From positions 4,918 to 16,598 of the forward strand of contig JBDZWC010000066.1 of assembly GCA_040256005.1 (NCBI GenBank): 11,681 bases of DNA, given 5' to 3'. Of this stretch, positions 5,906 to 11,681 are shown in pieces (the first letter of the stretch is position 1; each line of letters begins with the position of its first letter). Both the position numbers and the translations under genes were made by a program. Source of the stretch: Deinococcaceae bacterium (GTDB taxonomy: Bacteria; Deinococcota; Deinococci; Deinococcales; Trueperaceae). The notes under the pieces are model-generated. The model ran no database searches, was not told the origin of the DNA, and saw only the letters and a list, made by a program, of their open reading frames with translations.

Positions 5906-7224
5906 GCGATTGGCTTCTCTTCGGCCTCGGCCTGTTGTTGACAGTCGGAACCGGGCTGTTCGTGGCGTCGGAGTTCGCACTCGTGAACCTCGACCGCTCG
6001 CTGTTGACGGCGCGCAGCGAGCGCGGCGAGAAGGGCCTGGGCGCGGTGATAGCCGCCCTGCGTCACACCTCCACTCACCTCTCGAGCGCGCAGCTGGGCA
6101 TCACGCTGACGACGCTCCTCACCGGCTACACCATGGAACCCGCTGTCTCGCGCCTGCTGGGCGGGCCCCTGGCGGCGATCGGGTTGCCGGGCGACGTGCG
6201 CCGGCTGGTGGCGACCGTGCTGGCGGTCGCCTTGGCGACGCTCCTGTCGATGATCTTCGGTGAGCTCGTGCCCAAGAACATGGCTCTGGCCCTGCCCGAG
6301 GTGACGGCCAAGGTCGTGGCGCCCCTCCAGATCGGCTTCACCACCGTGTTCGGTCCCGTGGTGAGGCTACTCAACGGTTTCAGCAACTCGGTGGTGAGGG
6401 CGTTCGGCGTGGAGCCACGGGAGGAGCTGTCGTCCGCCCGCACGGTCGAGGAGCTGGCGAGCCTCGTGCAGCACTCGGCCAGCGAAGGCAGCCTCGACCC
6501 GCGTGCGGCGACGCTGCTCACCAGGACCCTCGACTTCGCGGAGTACACGGCCGGCGACGTGATGACCCCGCGCACTCGCATGACCGCGCTGCCATCCACC
6601 GCCACGGCGGCAGACGTCGTCGCGTTGTCGCGCGACACTGGTCACTCGCGCTTCCCGATCACGGGTGCCGGCGTCGACGACATCGTAGGGGTGGTTCACG
6701 TCAAGGGGGCGCTGGGCGTGCGGCGCGAGGACCGGGCTCGCACCCCCGTGAGCGAGCTCATGCGCGAGCCCAGCTACGTGCCCGATACGCAGACCGTCGA
6801 CGTTCTCCTCGGCGAGCTGAGGGGCAGCGGTCAGCTGGCGGTCGTCCTCGATGAGTACGGGGGCACCGCCGGTGTCGTCACGCTGGAGGACCTGGTCGAG
6901 GAGCTCATAGGCGAGGTGGCGGACGAGCACGACCGCCCCGACGTGGGCGTCAGGCAGTGGCCGGACGACTCCTGGACGCTACCCGGCATGCTCCGCCTCG
7001 ACGAGGTCGAGGAGCGCGTGGGCCTTTACGTACCCGAGGACGAGGACTACGACACGCTGGGCGGCTTCGTGATGGCGGAGCTCGAGAAGGTGCCGGAGCG
7101 CGGCGACGTGGTGGACGTACCGGGCGGCCAGCTGGTGGTCGTGCGCATGGACGGCCTGCGGGTGGACCGGCTGCGCTTCGTGCCCGCCCCGCTCGAGCCA
7201 CGAGGCGGTGAGGCGGAGGCGTGA
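5902..7224 (+). CDS. Hemolysin-like CNNM/CorB family protein (DUF21 + CBS pair + CorC_HlyC); putative Mg2+/divalent cation transporter
   Basis: 'FVASEFALV', 'AQLGIT', 'GELVPKN', CBS motifs 'DVMTPR', 'GHSRFPI', 'VVLDEYGGTAGVVTLEDLVEELIGEVADEHD', and C-terminal 'DYDTLGGFV...LEKVP..GD'. Confidence 0.93.
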   Translation: MSDWLLFGLGLLLTVGTGLFVASEFALVNLDRSLLTARSERGEKGLGAVIAALRHTSTHLSSAQLGITLTTLLTGYTMEPAVSRLLGGPLAAIGLPGDVRRLVATVLAVALATLLSMIFGELVPKNMALALPEVTAKVVAPLQIGFTTVFGPVVRLLNGFSNSVVRAFGVEPREELSSARTVEELASLVQHSASEGSLDPRAATLLTRTLDFAEYTAGDVMTPRTRMTALPSTATAADVVALSRDTGHSRFPITGAGVDDIVGVVHVKGALGVRREDRARTPVSELMREPSYVPDTQTVDVLLGELRGSGQLAVVLDEYGGTAGVVTLEDLVEELIGEVADEHDRPDVGVRQWPDDSWTLPGMLRLDEVEERVGLYVPEDEDYDTLGGFVMAELEKVPERGDVVDVPGGQLVVVRMDGLRVDRLRFVPAPLEPRGGEAEA

Positions 7225-8276
7225 GCGCCTGGTGGGGCATCGTCTGGCTGGTCGTGCTGCTGGCCGCGAACGCGTTCTTCGTCGGCGCCGAGTTCGCGGT
7301 GCTGGCGGCCAGGCGCGCTCAAGTGGAGCCGCTCGCCCGGGCCGGCAACGCCGCCGCCAAGGTCTCGTTGTGGGCCATGGAGCACGCCACGCTCATGCTG
7401 GCCTGCTCCCAGCTGGGCATCACGGTGTGCTCGCTCCTGATACTCAACCTCTCGGAGCCGGCCATCCACCACCTGCTCGAGGGGCCGCTCGACGCCCTCG
7501 GCCTGGCGCCGAACGTCACGACAGGCGTGTCCTTCGGCGTCGCCCTGGCGCTCGTCTCCTTCCTCCACGTCACGCTGGGCGAGATGGTGCCCAAGAACAT
7601 CGCCTTCTCGAGACCGGGCCAGTCGGTGCTGCTGCTCGCTCCGCCGCTGGTGGGGCTGGCGCGGATCGTGCGACCTGTGATCAGGGCGCTCGACGGCACC
7701 GCGAACGCGTTCCTGCGCCTGCTGGGCATACAGCCCAAGAGCGAGGCCACGTCGGCGTTCACGCTCGACCAGGTGGCCAGCATCGTGGCGGAGTCACAGA
7801 GGGCAGGGCTCTTCCGCGACGTCAGCGGCACCGTCACGAAGGCGTTCGAGTTCACCGCCAAGACGGCGCGGGACCTGGCGGTGCCCATGGAGGTTCTCGT
7901 CACCCTGCCGCGGGACGTCACACCCCGGCAGGTCGAGGACGCCGTCGCCCGCTTCGGGCACTCGCGCTACGTGCTCACGGGCGAGGGTGGCGAGATGGTG
8001 GGCTACGTGCACTTCAAGGACGTGATCGCCCTGTCCGGCGTGGCGCTGGACTCGCCGCTGCCGGAGCGCAACGTGCGGCGGCTGGCCTCTGTCGGCGCCG
8101 ACGACGAGGCTGAGAGGGCGCTGCAGGACATGCGTAGGTCCGGAGCGCATCTGGCGGTGGTCTCGGGTCCGGAAGGGCCGGTGGGGGTGCTGTTCCTGGA
8201 GGACATCGTCGAGGAGCTGATCGGTGAGGTACGCGATCTCGCCAGCCGGAACGCGCTGAGACCACAAGGTACCTGA
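7221..8276 (+). CDS. Second CNNM/CBS hemolysin-like protein, lacking the C-terminal CorC_HlyC domain
   Basis: 'NAFFVGAEFAV', 'SQLGIT', 'GEMVPKN', 'GHSRY', 'GVLFLEDIVEELIGEVRD', then a stop shortly after. GTGA overlap with the upstream paralog. Confidence 0.92.
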   Translation: MSAWWGIVWLVVLLAANAFFVGAEFAVLAARRAQVEPLARAGNAAAKVSLWAMEHATLMLACSQLGITVCSLLILNLSEPAIHHLLEGPLDALGLAPNVTTGVSFGVALALVSFLHVTLGEMVPKNIAFSRPGQSVLLLAPPLVGLARIVRPVIRALDGTANAFLRLLGIQPKSEATSAFTLDQVASIVAESQRAGLFRDVSGTVTKAFEFTAKTARDLAVPMEVLVTLPRDVTPRQVEDAVARFGHSRYVLTGEGGEMVGYVHFKDVIALSGVALDSPLPERNVRRLASVGADDEAERALQDMRRSGAHLAVVSGPEGPVGVLFLEDIVEELIGEVRDLASRNALRPQGT

Positions 8277-8328
8277 CCGGGCAGAGCCGGCCGGTTGGAC
8301 ACCACGGGAGAACGGGCGCCGGCGGGTG

Positions 8329-8334
8329 TAGTCT
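8329..8334 (+). promoter_or_regulatory. Putative -10 element (TAGTCT) giving a leaderless MFS transcript
   Basis: TAGTCT-gccgggc-GTG (7-nt spacer); no SD. Confidence 0.55.
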
Positions 8335-8341
8335 GCCGGGC

Positions 8342-9628
8342 GTGGACTCATCGGAGGCAGGCGTGATCCTGGCCCCACCCGCGGGCTCCCTGCCCAGGGA
8401 AGAGGTGCGGCGCAGGCAGGCGCGGCGCATCACCGGTGCGTTGCTCGTCAGCCAGAGCCTCGGATCGGCCGGCACGGTGGCCGCCGCCACCGTGGCGGCG
8501 ATCGTGGGAGCGGAGCTGTCCGGCCTCACCTCACTGGCCGGTCTGCCCTCGGCCGTGAACCAGGTGGGGATCGCCGTCGGCTCCCTCGTCTGGAGTCGCC
8601 TGTCAGACAGACTGGGGCGTCGCGGCGCCCTGTCCACCGCGCTCCTGACGGGGGCGGTGGGTGCCGTGCTCGCCATGGTTGGCGTGGCCATGGGCAACCT
8701 GCTGGTCGTCCTGCTCGGCTTGACCGTCTCGGGCTCGGGCAACGCGGCGGTGCAGCTGGGTCGCTTCGTGGCGGCAGAGGTCACGCCGCGCGCGCACCGC
8801 GCCAAGGCCATCGCCACCGTGGTGCTGGGCGGGACGGTGGGCAGCGTGGTGGGGCCGGCGCTGGTCGCGCCCACGGGTCGCTTCATGGCGTCCCTCGGCC
8901 TCAGCGAGATAGCGGGGCCGTACATCGCGACAGCCCTCGGCTTCCTGCTCACGGCGGGCGTTCTCTTCACCTTCCTGCGGCCGGAGCCCAGGGAGATCGG
9001 CGCCGAGCTGGGCGCGCTCGAGAGAGGCGACGTCGAGGAGGCCGCGCCCCGCACGGTGAGGCAGATGCTCGGCGACGTGCGGGTGCGGACGGCGGTGATC
9101 AGCGTCGTCACGGCTCACATGGTCATGGTGGGCCTGATGCAGATGACGTCCTTGCACATGCACGGCCACGACCACTCGCTGGCGAGCATCTCGCTGGTCT
9201 TCTCGAGCCACACGATGGGCATGTTCGCGTTCTCCGTCGTCTCTGGCTGGCTGACCGACAGATGGGGCCGCCGGCCGGTAGCGATCGTGGGGGCGTTCCT
9301 GCTGCTGACCTCGTGCGTGGTCGCCCCGCTCTCCCCGAACGTGCTTCCCATCGCGTTCGCGCTCTTCCTCCTCGGGCTCGGCTGGAACCTCTGCTACGTC
9401 TCCGGCTCGGCGATGCTCTCGGATGCCCTCACGACGGCCGAGAAGGGGAGGATGCAGGGGTTCAACGACCTGCTCGTCGGCGGCGCAGCCGCGTCTGCGG
9501 CGTTGCTGGGTGGCCTCGTCATGGCCCGGGCCGGGTACGGCACCATGGGCACTCTTGGTGCTATCGCTTGCCTGCCGCTGCTGTTCTTGGTCCTGCGCCG
9601 CGGCACCGCCCCGGCCGTAGCCGCCTGA
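8342..9628 (+). CDS. MFS transporter, substrate unknown
   Basis: About 12 hydrophobic segments; motif A twice ('SRLSDRLGRRG', 'GWLTDRWGRRP'); 'LGLGWN' and 'HTMGMFAFS' segments. Confidence 0.9.
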   Translation: MDSSEAGVILAPPAGSLPREEVRRRQARRITGALLVSQSLGSAGTVAAATVAAIVGAELSGLTSLAGLPSAVNQVGIAVGSLVWSRLSDRLGRRGALSTALLTGAVGAVLAMVGVAMGNLLVVLLGLTVSGSGNAAVQLGRFVAAEVTPRAHRAKAIATVVLGGTVGSVVGPALVAPTGRFMASLGLSEIAGPYIATALGFLLTAGVLFTFLRPEPREIGAELGALERGDVEEAAPRTVRQMLGDVRVRTAVISVVTAHMVMVGLMQMTSLHMHGHDHSLASISLVFSSHTMGMFAFSVVSGWLTDRWGRRPVAIVGAFLLLTSCVVAPLSPNVLPIAFALFLLGLGWNLCYVSGSAMLSDALTTAEKGRMQGFNDLLVGGAAASAALLGGLVMARAGYGTMGTLGAIACLPLLFLVLRRGTAPAVAA

Positions 9629-9631
9629 GCC

Positions 9632-10333
9632 TCAGTCCGGCACGCCCGCCAACCTGGCCAGTACCTCCGACCGGCCCTCGGCGAGCTCCTCGCGTGGTAG
9701 GCCCCCGCTCGCGAGGGTGTCGTCGTCGAGCTCGCCGAGGTGACCGTAGAACCGTTCGGCGACCGCGCGCAGGCGTGCTTCGTCGCCGCTGCCCGACTCG
9801 ACCTCGTCGAGCCACGCGAAGACCGCGTCCTCGGCCTTCGACCACACGCCCTGCGCCTGCCAGAACCCCACCAGGCGCTCCCACGTGGCGGCGCTCCTGG
9901 CGTGCCGCGGCACGACGCCAAGCAGCCGCTCGACACGACCTGGCAGGTCCGGTTCCCCCAACTCCTCGATGCCGGCCTCCAGCGCCAGGTCGAGGGAGCG
10001 TTCGCGCAGCGAGGCCACCGCGGGGTCGTCCGGAGCCGCCCCCTGGGCCACCTCGAGCTGCGCGTCTGTCTCCAGCAGCGCCGACAACAGGTAGGCGCGC
10101 TCCCCGTCGACGTAGCCGGCCGAGCCCAGCACGCCCAGCAGGTCCTCGGTCGAGAGCCGCTTCACGAGGTCCGAGCTGGTGCCTATGAAGCGCCTGTAGA
10201 GCTCTGCGATCTCGGCTCGCATCGTCCCGGCCTCAGCCTCGGTGACGTTCACGGCGCGGCCCGTGATGAGCCGAGCGAAGGCCGCAGCCAGCTGCTTGAC
10301 CGCTCTCTCGATGAGCTCGTCCCGGATCGGCAC
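9632..10333 (-). CDS. Hypothetical all-alpha protein, DUF6483-like
   Basis: N-terminal 'RDELIERAVKQLAAAFARL' and C-terminal 'KAEDAVF...FY..L..LDDDTLASGGLPREELAEG' resemble DUF6483-type proteins as recalled. Start set at GTG 10333, 7 nt after TACTGT; GTG 10342 (GAGGAG 4 nt upstream) is the alternative. Confidence 0.7.
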   Translation of the reverse strand: MPIRDELIERAVKQLAAAFARLITGRAVNVTEAEAGTMRAEIAELYRRFIGTSSDLVKRLSTEDLLGVLGSAGYVDGERAYLLSALLETDAQLEVAQGAAPDDPAVASLRERSLDLALEAGIEELGEPDLPGRVERLLGVVPRHARSAATWERLVGFWQAQGVWSKAEDAVFAWLDEVESGSGDEARLRAVAERFYGHLGELDDDTLASGGLPREELAEGRSEVLARLAGVPD

Positions 10334-10340
10334 AGCAGTC

Positions 10341-10346
10341 ACAGTA
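10341..10346 (-). promoter_or_regulatory. Putative -10 element (TACTGT) for the DUF6483-like gene
   Basis: Minus strand reads TACTGT-gactgct-GTG (7-nt spacer). Confidence 0.45.
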
Positions 10347-10423
10347 CTCCTCGGCCCAGCACCTGAGCGCCGGGCTCCCAGCGTGAGGCAGCAGCGGTCG
10401 CCTGCGTGTGGTAGCTATGTGCC

Positions 10424-11681
10424 GTGTCCACTGTGAGGAGCACGGTCGGCCAGGCCGTGGTGCGGTTCCTGGCCGCGCAGCACAGCGAGCGCGACGGTCG
10501 CCGGCGCAGGCTCGTGCCGGGCGTCTGGGCGATCTTCGGCCACGGCAACGTGGCTGGCCTGGGACAGGCGCTCGAGGAGCTGGGCGGTGAGCTCGACCTC
10601 CGCACGTACCGGCCGCAGAACGAGCAGGCTATGGTCCACGCCGCGGCCGCGTACGCCCGCCACTCCGGGCGGCTGGCGACGTTCGCCTGCACCGCGTCCG
10701 TCGGGCCTGGCAGTCTCAACATGCTGACGGCCGCGGCCGGGGCCACGATCAACCGCCTACCCGTGCTCCTGTTGCCTAGCGACATCTTCGCGTCGCGGCG
10801 TCCGGACCCGGTGCTGCAACAGCTCGAGCACCCGCTGCATCACGACGTCAGCGTGAACGACGCGTTCGTGCCGGTGTCCCGCTTCTACGCTCGCATCGAG
10901 CGCCCCGAGCAGCTCGTGTCGGCGCTGCCGGCGGCCATGCGGGTCCTGACGGACCCCGCCGAGACGGGCACCGTGACCATCGCCCTGCCGGAGGACGTGC
11001 AGGCCGAGGCCTACGACTGGCCGACCGAGCTCTTCTCCCGCCGGGTCTGGCACGTGCCTCGGCCGGTGCCCGAGCCGGAGCTCGTGGCTGCGGCAGCGAC
11101 ATTGCTGCGGGCATCGCGCCGGCCCCTCATCGTCACGGGCGGCGGGACCATCTACGCGGAGGCGAGCGCCCAACTCGCCGCCTTCGCCGAGCGGCACGGC
11201 GTCCCCGTCGCCGAGACGCAGGCCGGCAAGGGCGCCCTGCGCTGGGACGACCAGTGGAACGTGGGACCGGTGGGCGCCAACGGCGGCAGCGCCGCGAACG
11301 CGCTCGCCGCCGAGGCGGACGTCGTGCTGGCGGTGGGGACCCGGTTGACTGACTTCACGACGGCCTCCATGACGGCCTTCGCCGCTCCCGGCGTGCGGTT
11401 CGTCTCCCTCAACGTCGCGGCTGCCGACGCCGCGAAGGTAGGGGCGCTGCCCATCGTCGCCGACGCGCGGCGGGGCCTCGAGGAGCTGACGGAGGCGCTG
11501 GCAGGTTGGCGCACCGAGGCAGCGTTCGCGGCCGAGGTCGAAAGGTTGCGGCGTGCCTGGTCCGAGGAGGTAGAACGCCTCAGGCTGGCTGGACCCGCCG
11601 GGAAGAGCGACGAGGCCGAACGCGCCCGCGGCCCCGAGCACCGCCTGTCGCAGGCCCAGGTGATAGGCCGCGTGAACGACG
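10424..11681 (+). CDS. iolD: 3D-(3,5/4)-trihydroxycyclohexane-1,2-dione acylhydrolase (TPP-dependent, myo-inositol catabolism), 3'-truncated; not in ORF track
   Basis: Manual translation from GTG 10424 (in-frame TAG at 10412-10414 upstream): MSTVRSTVGQAVVRFLAAQ...IFGHGNVAGLGQALEE...NEQAMVHAA...SVGPGSLNM...ATINRLPVLLLPSDIFASRRPDPVLQQLE...SVNDAFVPVSR...LSQAQVIGRVND. These are IolD hallmark motifs and the frame is open to the window end. Confidence 0.95.
   Translation, partial: MSTVRSTVGQAVVRFLAAQHSERDGRRRRLVPGVWAIFGHGNVAGLGQALEELGGELDLRTYRPQNEQAMVHAAAAYARHSGRLATFACTASVGPGSLNMLTAAAGATINRLPVLLLPSDIFASRRPDPVLQQLEHPLHHDVSVNDAFVPVSRFYARIERPEQLVSALPAAMRVLTDPAETGTVTIALPEDVQAEAYDWPTELFSRRVWHVPRPVPEPELVAAAATLLRASRRPLIVTGGGTIYAEASAQLAAFAERHGVPVAETQAGKGALRWDDQWNVGPVGANGGSAANALAAEADVVLAVGTRLTDFTTASMTAFAAPGVRFVSLNVAAADAAKVGALPIVADARRGLEELTEALAGWRTEAAFAAEVERLRRAWSEEVERLRLAGPAGKSDEAERARGPEHRLSQAQVIGRVND

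Noticed and set aside
5902..8276. 'Hemolysin' genes as virulence toxins
   Set aside because: The name is a legacy annotation; DUF21-CBS architecture indicates CNNM/CorB-type ion transport.
10757..11641. 294-aa minus-strand ORF
   Set aside because: Antisense shadow of iolD, whose plus-strand frame carries the family motifs.
1879..11681. Sulfoquinovosidase, the two MFS genes and TPP-dependent IolD as one novel sulfosugar pathway
   Set aside because: The genes lie in separate transcription units with unrelated genes between them, and IolD looks canonical. No evidence beyond proximity.

Overview
GC-rich bacterial chromosomal window with ordinary-looking gene content and no mobile element, CRISPR array, rRNA or tRNA. 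Gene order: 5'-truncated DUF1761-like membrane protein (+); Fsr-like MFS transporter (-); a 55-aa two-TM protein absent from the ORF track (+); GH31 YihQ-type glycosidase with an intact sulfoquinovosidase QQRWY motif (+); Pat/YncA-like GNAT (-); a very acidic repeat-containing lipoprotein (+); a coupled pair of CNNM/CBS (hemolysin-like, putative Mg2+ transport) genes (+); a second MFS (+); a DUF6483-like protein (-); and 3'-truncated iolD (+), also absent from the ORF track. The most interesting signals are regulatory. A 28-codon leader ORF overlaps the first CNNM start (ATGA) and runs through a stem that would mask that start, which looks like a translational attenuator. The lipoprotein has a multi-stem, possibly pseudoknotted leader. 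Three perfect inverted repeats cluster at 5706-5798. Several genes have a TANNNT -10 box just upstream of the start codon (leaderless style). All family calls come from recalled motifs; no database search was run.
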